Below, one piece after another: positions 1-8,173 of a stretch of DNA of 64,000 nucleotides. Below the pieces are notes generated by a model. It saw nothing but the letters and a program-made list of their open reading frames with translations, was not told the DNA's origin and made no database searches. Numbering within the stretch: the stretch's first letter is position 1; every line of letters starts with the position of its first letter. A program made the translations under genes and the position numbers. The stretch is from a virus (Duplodnaviria > Caudoviricetes), in the IMG/VR virus record IMGVR_UViG_3300028886_000059, positions 52,415 to 116,414 of that record. One strand, written 5' to 3'.

Positions 1-1121
1 TCAAGCAGCACGTCGTATGTTTCTTTCAGGTTGTCGCGCTTCATGTAGCCAAGCGTCAACGCCCTGCGCAAAGCCTCGCCGCTGAGTGTTCCAAGCCCCT
101 TCATCTTCTCAAACGAGAAATCAGGCGTGAAGGAGTCATTCAGGATGGAATCATGCAGGTTGTCATGCTCATCCCTGCGCGATGCGCTGTCTGACGGCGG
201 GTTGACATAGCCGAAACGTGATTTTTCGCCAGTAAGCTGAATCATCCTTCCGACGGTCTCTCCATTCTTGAGGTATTGCAAAACGTCTGCTGTTGCCTCT
301 GCCAGCGGGTCGGCAAAATAGTTGTTGTTGTCGGCATGTTTGGAATCGTTCATTTCCTCACGGGTGATTCTGCGCTCCGTGCCATCCCATGACTTATCCT
401 GATTGAAGTAAATCACTGGAATCTTGCCGAGGATGTTGTCATACACAGTGACCTGCCATCCCACGGCAGAACGCTGGCACTGGAAATAGTAGTCGGAAGT
501 CCAAATGTCATAGTGCTGCACATGGTTTCCATTTTCCTTCAAGGTATATCCCAGCGCAAAGGCCACCATGTTCTCATACTGGTCAATCAGCGGATGCAGC
601 CTGTAGCCCTTTGAATACGCGGCCACGAAATTATGGTATTTCAGCACACCGTTCTCTTGGTACAGCTGATAGACAAGTGCCGATTCCAGTTCCGAGCCTG
701 CCAGTCGCTTGCACTGCCTCCACTTGGCATGAAAGCGCGTGTCATCCAGCATGTCCTTATACAGCTGGAATGCCCTGTCAGTACCCTCCTTCTTCTGCCA
801 CTTCGGGGGTTTGGCCAGCAGGAAGAAGAGTTCCACCTCATTGATGTACCTCTGACGGGTTCGCGGCAGCTTCTCCGTCTGATAAGGCTCTTGCCCTTCC
901 CTCCACTTGTTCGGGCGGTTCATTACATCGTGCGTCTGCCAGTTGTATTCACGAATGGCATTCGTCACAGCTAATTCGTGGTCTTGCATCAGGCTGATAG
1001 CATGAGCCACATCGTTCTCAAGAATGTAGGCGTACAGTTCGCGCAATACGCCTGCACTGTTAAGTGTGACACCCCTAAACTGCGTCAACACCTGTAACTG
1101 ATAATCGTCCAATATTGGCAT
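1..1121 (-). CDS. Phage portal protein (SPP1-like), runs off the left edge
   Basis: Manual translation from ATG 1121: MPILDDYQLQVLTQF...EKLPRTRQRYINEVELFFLL...; directly after TerL; absent from the ORF track because its stop lies outside the window. Confidence 0.8.
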   Translation of the reverse strand, partial: MPILDDYQLQVLTQFRGVTLNSAGVLRELYAYILENDVAHAISLMQDHELAVTNAIREYNWQTHDVMNRPNKWREGQEPYQTEKLPRTRQRYINEVELFFLLAKPPKWQKKEGTDRAFQLYKDMLDDTRFHAKWRQCKRLAGSELESALVYQLYQENGVLKYHNFVAAYSKGYRLHPLIDQYENMVAFALGYTLKENGNHVQHYDIWTSDYYFQCQRSAVGWQVTVYDNILGKIPVIYFNQDKSWDGTERRITREEMNDSKHADNNNYFADPLAEATADVLQYLKNGETVGRMIQLTGEKSRFGYVNPPSDSASRRDEHDNLHDSILNDSFTPDFSFEKMKGLGTLSGEALRRALTLGYMKRDNLKETYDVLL

Positions 1122-1134
1122 AGTTCTTTCCGTT

Positions 1135-2490
1135 TTATTTGATTGCAATCTTACTATTCTTCTTTGTCACCTTTAGATTCTTCACTATCTTACCCAGCAG
1201 CTTGCCGAGCGTGTAGTAGCGGGCAGCGTCGATGGCGTGATTCCACTTGTCAACGGGAACGTTGATATAGTTTCCATCCTTATCCTTATCCCAAACGTAG
1301 TTGCGCAATTCCTCTTGCAGGTCGATGGAATCTTCCGTAACGAAGATGTCATCATAACTCTGCATCTTGTCAATGCCAGCCACTATTGAGCCATTCGGCT
1401 TCTGAACTGGATATATCATTATTCCACCAAGGGCGATTTCGTCGATGAGTCGCGGGTCTGCGCTATCGGCGAACACCATCAATCCACTATACGGCTTCAA
1501 GAACTCGATGATGTCCTTTGACAGCATTCCAGTCCTGTAGCACAGCAGTTTTATATAAAGCCTGTTATCCCATATTCCGCACATCACAATGGCCGTTGGG
1601 TCATGTGTGTAACCGAAGTCTATTCCGAGCGCAACATGCTTGCACTGCGTCGGGAACTCCTTCACGATACCCCATTTCTTGAACACAGCACCTTCCGCAA
1701 CATCAGCCCATTGGCCGATGACGATGTGCGCATACCTTTCAGGGTCATTGCGCTTCATGGTTTCCACGTTCTCAAGGAACTGCGGGGATAGGTTCTCTAT
1801 GTTGTCAAGGTATGTCGTATGGATATGAAGCACGTCGGGATGCGTCGAAATCTGCACTGGCACACCGTCGAAGTATTCAATCCTGTGCGTGTCCTTTATG
1901 TATTTCTGATAGATGAAGTGTCCGCTGTCCGTCGGGTTCATCACGATGATGATGAGGTTCTGAATGCCCAAGGTACGGATGGAAAGCATGATTTTCTCGA
2001 AGTCATCAAACGAAGTCCACTCTTCCGCTTCATCACAGACAAACACCGTCAGGCCGTGGATTGATTTCAGCTTTGCCGTCTGATTGCCCGATGAGGTCTT
2101 GATGCCTCGGAACATGATATGTGAGCCAGTCTGCTTGTTGATGACATCCTTCTTTGTGGCACGGAAATACTTCTGCGTACCCTCCATCTCTATCTTCTCC
2201 AAAAATTCGGGGATGACAGAAATATCGGCTGATACCATCGTATAGCGGGCGCAAAGAATCTGATGTGCAAGCAATTTCGCATCATCGCGGGGGCTCGGCA
2301 CGGCTTCAAAGGTCAGGCGTTCCAAGAAGGTTTCGACATTGAAAGACTTACCGCTTCCACGGCCTCCAGTGACAAGCACAATCATCTTTCTGCCGTTGTT
2401 CAGATAGAGAGGATGGTAAACAGGCTGCACCTTGATACCCTTGCGCACCTGCCCTCGTAAAACCTTCCGTCTATCTGCTACCCTTGTCAT
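1135..2490 (-). CDS. terL: Terminase large subunit (PBSX family)
   Basis: Walker A GGRGSGKS, Walker B FVCDEAEE, nuclease motifs GIDFGY, DSADP, NHAIDAARY. Confidence 0.95.
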   Translation of the reverse strand: MTRVADRRKVLRGQVRKGIKVQPVYHPLYLNNGRKMIVLVTGGRGSGKSFNVETFLERLTFEAVPSPRDDAKLLAHQILCARYTMVSADISVIPEFLEKIEMEGTQKYFRATKKDVINKQTGSHIMFRGIKTSSGNQTAKLKSIHGLTVFVCDEAEEWTSFDDFEKIMLSIRTLGIQNLIIIVMNPTDSGHFIYQKYIKDTHRIEYFDGVPVQISTHPDVLHIHTTYLDNIENLSPQFLENVETMKRNDPERYAHIVIGQWADVAEGAVFKKWGIVKEFPTQCKHVALGIDFGYTHDPTAIVMCGIWDNRLYIKLLCYRTGMLSKDIIEFLKPYSGLMVFADSADPRLIDEIALGGIMIYPVQKPNGSIVAGIDKMQSYDDIFVTEDSIDLQEELRNYVWDKDKDGNYINVPVDKWNHAIDAARYYTLGKLLGKIVKNLKVTKKNSKIAIK

Positions 2491-3218
2491 TCTTCGCTTT
2501 CAGTCGTTATGTCATTTTCTACATTCTTCCAGTCATCCGTCATTTCCGCATCTATCCAGTGAGATACAGGTATGCCCTGCTTGACGTTCTGCGGCAATTC
2601 TTCATCATCCTCGATTCCGCGCTGGATTTTCCTCCAGTTCGGGTCATGGTGAAACAGAAACGTCGATAGTGCCTGAATGTTCGGTGCAAGTTCCGATTCC
2701 GTCTCTTGAACTACGGCCTTATCCGTCAGTACAACGATGCCAGTACCACCACAATCGGGGCATTTAGGGTCGTTTCCGTTACAGATACAACGCGCCTGCA
2801 CATACCTTGTTGTAACCGACTTAATCTTCCTTCCACCGATGGCCGCACGGTAGTATGCAGCCCTTGCAACACCGATGGCCTTTTCCCGCGCACGGGCTAA
2901 GACGTGTGCGATGTGAGCGGAGCGCACGGCGTTTTCTGATGCTGTCCACCTGTTGTAGTTTCCGTTTTTCATGTGGCTGAACACCTCGCGTGAAATGTCG
3001 AGTTGTGCCGCAATCTCGGTGTCGGTCATCCCCTGTCCTGCAAGCTGGTCAATCTTCTTGAAAAAGATACCTTCGGGGTCATCGTAGTCGTATTTGGCTT
3101 TGGAGTCGGGAACCTTGACGAGCGGCGCAGATGTCTTGCGTCGCTTTGTAGCGGCCTTTTTCACCGTTTTCTTTTTCGGCTTGGCTGCTGCTTCGGTCTT
3201 TTTCTTCCTTTCTGCCAT
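2487..3218 (-). CDS. Terminase small subunit-like protein with HTH and Cys cluster
   Basis: Immediately upstream of TerL; HTH GMTDTEIAAQLDISREVF; CICNGNDPKCPDC. Confidence 0.7.
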   Translation of the reverse strand: MAERKKKTEAAAKPKKKTVKKAATKRRKTSAPLVKVPDSKAKYDYDDPEGIFFKKIDQLAGQGMTDTEIAAQLDISREVFSHMKNGNYNRWTASENAVRSAHIAHVLARAREKAIGVARAAYYRAAIGGRKIKSVTTRYVQARCICNGNDPKCPDCGGTGIVVLTDKAVVQETESELAPNIQALSTFLFHHDPNWRKIQRGIEDDEELPQNVKQGIPVSHWIDAEMTDDWKNVENDITTESEE

Positions 3219-3224
3219 GATGCT

Positions 3225-4067
3225 TTACTCCAGTATGTCAATTTTATCCATGAGTTCGCGCCCGTCCACGAATTTGCTATTGGGGTCGAATCCCAGCTGA
3301 ATGAGTGCGCCCTGTGTCTCTTGGGGGTTGGGGAACGATACGATGAAATACGACAACATGCCGCCGTCGTTGTTGGTGTCGGACTTCTTGTTTATGCGGT
3401 CTTTGATTTTCTGCACTTCGTTGTGACGCGCAATCTGATTCTCGGCACTGTCGGCCATGAAATCTACGCTGCGGTCAAGTTTCGTGTTCTCCTCGCTTCC
3501 GTGGGTGTTCGCATCAACCTGTGCAAGATGCTCGCTATCCTGTGTCAGATTACCCTTTCGCCAGTCGTTAGCGGGGTCTGTCTCTTCGGGTATGTCGGTG
3601 ATGTTCCGAAATTCCTCATCGTCAATGGGTGTTATACCCAGCATGTCGAGGTCGAAGTCGTTGAAGCCTGCGGCCTTGTGGTCTATCTTTGCCAGCACGT
3701 CACGTAACAGGTCATCGTCGAAGTCGCCCTGTACGGCCTTGTTGTTCAAGAACATGTTCTGTTCCATCTCCTCCTTTTCTGACAGATGAACCACCTCCAC
3801 GCGGATTTCATAGTCGTTTTCATGCGTTTCAGAATTGTATTTGTTCACCTCGTCGATGATTGACACCTTCTGATGACCGCCAACAAGATTTCCGCTTTCC
3901 TCATTCCACACGATACCGCCCATAAGCCCCAGCCGCTTCAAGTTGGCCTTTAGCTGCTTTCGGGCTTCTTCCGAAATCTTGCGGGGATTGTATGATGCAA
4001 AGTTTATCTGACTTCTCAGGATTACCCTGCATTCAGCTTGTGCGATTTTACTTTTCTTCACTGCCAT
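3225..4067 (-). CDS. ParB/Srx-like N-terminal domain protein
   Basis: YNPRKI, IVWN, LVGGHQK motifs. Confidence 0.85.
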   Translation of the reverse strand: MAVKKSKIAQAECRVILRSQINFASYNPRKISEEARKQLKANLKRLGLMGGIVWNEESGNLVGGHQKVSIIDEVNKYNSETHENDYEIRVEVVHLSEKEEMEQNMFLNNKAVQGDFDDDLLRDVLAKIDHKAAGFNDFDLDMLGITPIDDEEFRNITDIPEETDPANDWRKGNLTQDSEHLAQVDANTHGSEENTKLDRSVDFMADSAENQIARHNEVQKIKDRINKKSDTNNDGGMLSYFIVSFPNPQETQGALIQLGFDPNSKFVDGRELMDKIDILE

Positions 4068-4070
4068 AAC

Positions 4071-4847
4071 TTACTCCTCCTCCAGTTCTATGTCATCCGA
4101 CTGCAAGTTTTCGGGCATTTCCGTCTTGGTGGTTATGCCGTGCTCGTAGTCGAAAATCAGTTTTTCGCAATATGGGAACTCCTGCAAGCACCTTTGATAG
4201 TCACGCGGGTAGTTCTTTCTAAGAAACAGCAGATGGTCGAGGTCTATAGCCAAACCCTGCGACACATTGCCCTTCACGTATTCCAGCGGCCTAATCAGAG
4301 ACTTCGCCTTGATGTACTGCAACACCTCGCCGTTAGTCCACACGGCCAGCGGGTAAACCATGCCCTTCTTGGTCATGTATGTACCGTTCTGCTTCTTGAA
4401 CATCAGCAGACGCATACGCTTCATGTAGCCATCCACGCCCTTCATGCCGCTAAAGGCATAGGGTACGCCAGTTTCCTGCCTTACCTGTTCCTCGATTTCG
4501 CCGATGGAGCGCATACGCAGGTGGTTCGGGTCTTTCTTCGGCAGCAGATAGCGGGGGTCGGGGTCGCAGAAGAATCCTCCTGCCTTGAATGCGTCATGCT
4601 GAAAATGCAGGATTTTCCGTACTTCGACATTCTTGTAATGCTTCTCAGCCCAATCAATGTAAGGCTGCACATGGTCGCAGTTGTTCACAAGGTACATGTA
4701 ATAGCAGATGACCTTCGGGAATGTCGTTGCCAGCATCTCCAGCAGGGCGATGCCGTCTTTGCCACCAGCCGAATAGAATAGTACGGCAGTGTCGGTCTTT
4801 TCGCGGATGCCCTTGATGATGGCCATTGTCTCTGAATACTTGCTCAT
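4071..4847 (-). CDS. PAPS-reductase-like PP-loop protein
   Basis: SAGGKDG PP-loop variant, SGMK..DG..KR, YPLAVWT. Confidence 0.8.
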   Translation of the reverse strand: MSKYSETMAIIKGIREKTDTAVLFYSAGGKDGIALLEMLATTFPKVICYYMYLVNNCDHVQPYIDWAEKHYKNVEVRKILHFQHDAFKAGGFFCDPDPRYLLPKKDPNHLRMRSIGEIEEQVRQETGVPYAFSGMKGVDGYMKRMRLLMFKKQNGTYMTKKGMVYPLAVWTNGEVLQYIKAKSLIRPLEYVKGNVSQGLAIDLDHLLFLRKNYPRDYQRCLQEFPYCEKLIFDYEHGITTKTEMPENLQSDDIELEEE

Positions 4848-4868
4848 AGTTCCGTTTATGTAATTTTT

Positions 4869-5537
4869 TTAGTTTGAGCCGCCCAAAGCTGTACGCAAGG
4901 CAGCTGCTATCGTATTTCCGCTACCTCGGCGCAATACCCTTTCGCGGTCACTCATCATCCTATCCCAATCATCGTATGTCTTAACCCTGTCAAGGTTGAT
5001 TTCCCTGCTTGGGCTATAGCTTCGCATCATTGCCGACAATCCTTTTGGAAGGGTCATGGCAACGACGGGGAGGCGTGTGCGGCCATCCCAATCAGACGGT
5101 GCTAAATCGTCATCCCATTCTACTTTTCCGATGGCTTTAGCACCATATTTCGCATACATATTCTGTAATCCACCACCATAGCAATCCAGCTTTCGGCCAC
5201 CCCTTGCAGAAGCGAATGCCATGATGTTGGGCATCCTTCCGCGTGTCCTGCTGAATACGGCCTCCACATTGCCGTCGCTTGTTATGGCGAGTCCTGTCTT
5301 GTGGTCTTTAGAAAGGTAATAAGCCGTGCCACTGTTACGGTTATTCCTGAACTGTTTCTTTGTATGGGTGTCAACCATCCAGCCGTGCCTGTTTTTCTTC
5401 TTGGCATAGTTGATGGCATTCTTGAAAGCCTTTGGCGTTGCACGTTCAAATTCTACATGAGAATGACGAATACCCTTTCTTGTCAGGGCATTCTCGACGC
5501 GCTTGTTTGCTTTTTCAATATCGCTTATGTACCTGAC
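4869..5537 (-). CDS. GNAT-like protein, proposed GTC start (222 aa; first ATG at 5378 gives 169 aa)
   Basis: Frame is open 53 codons upstream of the ATG, back to GTC at 5537, and fills the gap to the upstream gene; GGRKLDCY..LQNMYAKYG resembles GNAT motifs. Confidence 0.65.
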   Translation of the reverse strand, partial: VRYISDIEKANKRVENALTRKGIRHSHVEFERATPKAFKNAINYAKKKNRHGWMVDTHTKKQFRNNRNSGTAYYLSKDHKTGLAITSDGNVEAVFSRTRGRMPNIMAFASARGGRKLDCYGGGLQNMYAKYGAKAIGKVEWDDDLAPSDWDGRTRLPVVAMTLPKGLSAMMRSYSPSREINLDRVKTYDDWDRMMSDRERVLRRGSGNTIAAALRTALGGSN

Positions 5538-5550
5538 TCAGCCGTTCCGT

Positions 5551-5748
5551 TTACATTGTCAAAATATCAGCCATCAATTCAGGGCTGCTATAATCCATGT
5601 CACTATCCAGCGAATCATCGCTGGGGCTGTCTGCCAGTTTTCTTGCCTCATCCTCTGTCAGGTAAGGCTTTCCATTCTCCTTGATTTTGCAGAGCTCCTC
5701 AAAAAGACGCTGGCGATATTCAGCAATCTGTTCTTTCGTATGCTTCAT
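5551..5748 (-). CDS. Small acidic hypothetical protein
   Basis: 65 aa ORF behind its own promoter. Confidence 0.7.
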   Translation of the reverse strand: MKHTKEQIAEYRQRLFEELCKIKENGKPYLTEDEARKLADSPSDDSLDSDMDYSSPELMADILTM

Positions 5749-5767
5749 TGTTGTTCAATTAATAGTG

Positions 5768-5799
5768 CAAAGATAAAGCAAATAAATTGATTTACCAAA
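5768..5799 (-). promoter_or_regulatory. Bacteroidetes sigma-A promoter
   Basis: TTTG (-33) and TATCTTTG (-7). Confidence 0.7.
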
Positions 5800-5856
5800 T
5801 ATTTTTCGTTATTTTTTGTTGCATATTACTTTATTTAACTCTTCCGCTAAATCAGA

Positions 5857-5894
5857 ATGGCCACCACCATCATTTTGCTGACGGCGATGGCCAT
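5857..5894 (-). terminator. 16-bp RNA hairpin after the small basic ORF
   Basis: ATGGCCATCGCCGTCA-GCAAAA-TGATGGTGGTGGCCAT with three G:U pairs. Confidence 0.55.
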
Positions 5895-5915
5895 GAGGTC
5901 GGCTCAAGGCAACCT

Positions 5916-6170
5916 TTAGCCCTCAGAGCCTGCGGCAGCACGAAGGGCGGCGGAGCGCAAGGCTGCACCACGAACACCACGCGCCCGCATAGCGGCTACG
6001 TTCTGACGTGCTTGTCGGGCGAATGCCACACGAAGGTCTTGACGACGCTGTTCACGGTTTCCCCAACCTGCACGGCCAGCCGCATAACGGCCACCATTTG
6101 CCAGTCGGCGACTACCTGCACCGTTCACGTTTGACGTGATACCAGTGATTCGATTGATTCTGTTTCTGAC
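5916..6170 (-). CDS. Small Arg/Ala/Gly-rich protein, proposed GTC start (84 aa)
   Basis: Frame open from GTC 6170: VRNRINRITGITSNVNGAGSRR...AAAGSEG; the only in-frame ATG lies far downstream. Confidence 0.65.
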   Translation of the reverse strand, partial: VRNRINRITGITSNVNGAGSRRLANGGRYAAGRAGWGNREQRRQDLRVAFARQARQNVAAMRARGVRGAALRSAALRAAAGSEG

Positions 6171-6203
6171 TCAGCATTCAAATTAAAGGGTTCGACATTA
6201 TTG

Positions 6204-6614
6204 TTAGTTGTCTGAATGGGCATCCTGTTCCTCGTCGAAGATTTCACAGTTCTCTTTCTGCATGACTTCGCCGAGTTCATACTGCATTTGCGTAACATAG
6301 TAGGTCTCGCCGTTATCCACGAAGGTAAGCGGCTCGCCAGTCTTTTCGTCATCCATCTGAACGACCTTAATCCCAACGACCTGCACCAGCAGACGGGGGG
6401 CATTCTTCTGACGGCCATTGATAAGCTGCAAGGCATCGTAGCCCACAACCTCGACATCGCTTGTGCCGTCGCCGTTGTCCTTTTCCACCAAATACTGCTT
6501 GGCGTTACGCGGGTAAACAAAGCGGTGCTCGACCTTTTGCTCACCCTTCAAGATTTTCTTGAAACTGTCGCGCTTGATTTGTAGCGTCAGTACATCTAAT
6601 CCTTCTAAATTCAT
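6204..6614 (-). CDS. ASCH/PUA-like domain protein
   Basis: LTLQIKRDSFKKILKGEQKVEHR resembles the ASCH GxKxxExR motif. Confidence 0.7.
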   Translation of the reverse strand: MNLEGLDVLTLQIKRDSFKKILKGEQKVEHRFVYPRNAKQYLVEKDNGDGTSDVEVVGYDALQLINGRQKNAPRLLVQVVGIKVVQMDDEKTGEPLTFVDNGETYYVTQMQYELGEVMQKENCEIFDEEQDAHSDN

Positions 6615-6647
6615 TTCAATTCCGATTTAATTGTTACTATAATTTTG

Positions 6648-6720
6648 TTGCGGGAGCAGGGCTCGAACCTGCGACCTCCAGTAAGTCAAACTGTTAAGCT
6701 ACCAACTGCTCCATCCCGCG
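6648..6720 (-). tRNA. Initiator-type tRNA body with GAC (Val) anticodon
   Basis: CGCGGGA TG GAGC AGTTGGTA GCTT A ACAGT TTGACTT ACTGG AGGTC GCAGG TTCGAGC CCTGC TCCCGCA A; C1:A72 mismatch, A11:U24, A73. Confidence 0.85.
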
Positions 6721-6884
6721 ATTTTCGGCAAAGTTACACATATTACTATTGTCATGTGAATCTATACCTACATTATGTTTCACCAATTTATATTAGTGAA
6801 AGAATCGCGGTGTTTTGCAGCTATTTCACTTCCATCTATTCAATCATTTTGCTTTATATTTCACCCAGCGGGCGCATTTATATT

Positions 6885-6925
6885 CGCCTTTCTTTATCCT
6901 GTCGGCATCAGGTCTAAACGGTTTT
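6885..6925 (-). ncRNA. Conserved pseudoknot leader, copy A
   Basis: AAAACCGTTTAGA CCTG AT GCCGA CAGG ATAAAGAAA GGC. Confidence 0.6.
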
Positions 6926-6932
6926 GTCTTTG

Positions 6933-6964
6933 CAAAGGTACAAAATAATATTGAAACTACCAAA
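6933..6964 (-). promoter_or_regulatory. Promoter for the tRNA/ASCH unit
   Basis: TTTG ... TACCTTTG. Confidence 0.7.
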
Positions 6965-6999
6965 CTTTTTTGCAGAAAAATAAAGCAAATAAATTTATT

Positions 7000-7932
7000 T
7001 TACCATTCCGCAAAGATGTTATGACTGGCATTCACGACTTGCACGGAGTACTGAACACGGCCATCCACCTTGTTTCTGATGCTGTCTTTCCAGTATATCC
7101 TCGACTTCGGGGCTTTCGCTGCCACAATCTCCTGCACGTCATTGACGAACTTCACTATGCCGTCAAGCGTGATTGGCTTCTTGTTGTGCTTCTTGCCGCT
7201 TTCCAGCCCTATCTTATAGACATCGCAGAATCCCAATGTGGCCTTTATCATCTCCAGCGAATCATCCAAGTCTATCACAGGCTCGATGCTGGCAAAGGTA
7301 TGAACGCCGTATTCTTTGACCTTCGCCATCGCTTCCACACGCTGCATGTTCGTTGACGCATTCGGCTCAAGGTCATCCCTGCCTGTCAGCGTGAAACCGA
7401 CGCACAGGTTCTTACCGCCATTGACCAGCAGACGATGCCCACCGATTCCGTACACCCACTCCGAGCGTTTCGTCAGCATGGTAACTGGCACTGGAGGCAA
7501 ATCGTTTCTTCTGCTTCCATCCTCGTTACACCCCAATGCGATATAGGCACACCGCATGAATGTATAGAAGGTATCGACTGGCTGCTGTAGGCACGGGTCG
7601 CTGCTGAACGTAAAGAAGATGCCACGGCCATCTGCCATGATTCTTCCCCTGTACTTATCCAGTTCCTTCTCAAATACCTGCACGGCCTTGTTACATCCTA
7701 CGATGAATGCGAGTTTTCTTGAAGCGTCGCAGTCATTCTTGAACTTGACATCCTTTGCCGTCAGCTGAAACTCCTTTTTCAGTTGCGGGATTTTCTGACC
7801 CATTCCGTGACCTAACACGCCTTTCTTGCAGTAGCAATACTCACAGTCGTTTGAACACCCGACAAAGATATTTGCCGCCCAAGGAGCGTATTCGCGGGCT
7901 TTTCCCGCTGGCTGATACACAATTTTTCCCAT
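7000..7932 (-). CDS. Radical SAM protein
   Basis: CSNDCEYC (CxxxCxxC); SIEP motif. Confidence 0.85.
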   Translation of the reverse strand: MGKIVYQPAGKAREYAPWAANIFVGCSNDCEYCYCKKGVLGHGMGQKIPQLKKEFQLTAKDVKFKNDCDASRKLAFIVGCNKAVQVFEKELDKYRGRIMADGRGIFFTFSSDPCLQQPVDTFYTFMRCAYIALGCNEDGSRRNDLPPVPVTMLTKRSEWVYGIGGHRLLVNGGKNLCVGFTLTGRDDLEPNASTNMQRVEAMAKVKEYGVHTFASIEPVIDLDDSLEMIKATLGFCDVYKIGLESGKKHNKKPITLDGIVKFVNDVQEIVAAKAPKSRIYWKDSIRNKVDGRVQYSVQVVNASHNIFAEW

Positions 7933-7933
7933 A

Positions 7934-8173
7934 TTACCAAAACTTAGATAAATCCTTCTTGAATACTACATACTTCCCATCAGTCCGCGCCCTGCACTTG
8001 CCAATCTGCGCACGCACAGAATCGACATCGCAATGCTTCTGCTTCCTGACTACCCTTCCATGAAAGTAACATCCACGGCAGAACGATTCAGCCTCCTGAA
8101 CTTTCAGATGAACACCGTCGCAGGTGAACACGTCATTAATCGGTCTTTCCATATCACTTCGTTTTTTCGTCAT
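7934..8173 (-). CDS. Small Cys-rich hypothetical, paralog of 25711-25920
   Basis: Shared MER.I..V, C.GC.Y/F, C.A..R.D.K.V.F pattern. Confidence 0.6.
   Translation of the reverse strand: MTKKRSDMERPINDVFTCDGVHLKVQEAESFCRGCYFHGRVVRKQKHCDVDSVRAQIGKCRARTDGKYVVFKKDLSKFW

Noticed and set aside
611-974. Short ORFs at the left edge and many antisense ORFs such as 3003-3707, 4038-4781 and 61882-62784
   Set aside because: They are shadows of well-supported opposite-strand genes.
5891-5915. GAGCCGACCTCATGGC as a seventh pseudoknot leader
   Set aside because: It has no TTTAGA box or A-rich linker, and its GGC belongs to the adjacent hairpin.
5538-6185. TGA read-through or selenocysteine as the explanation for TGA-GTC
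   Set aside because: Further in-frame stops lie 7 codons (TGA) and 4 codons (TAA) upstream with no in-frame ATG. The out-of-frame ATG near 6177 has no counterpart at the 5537 site.
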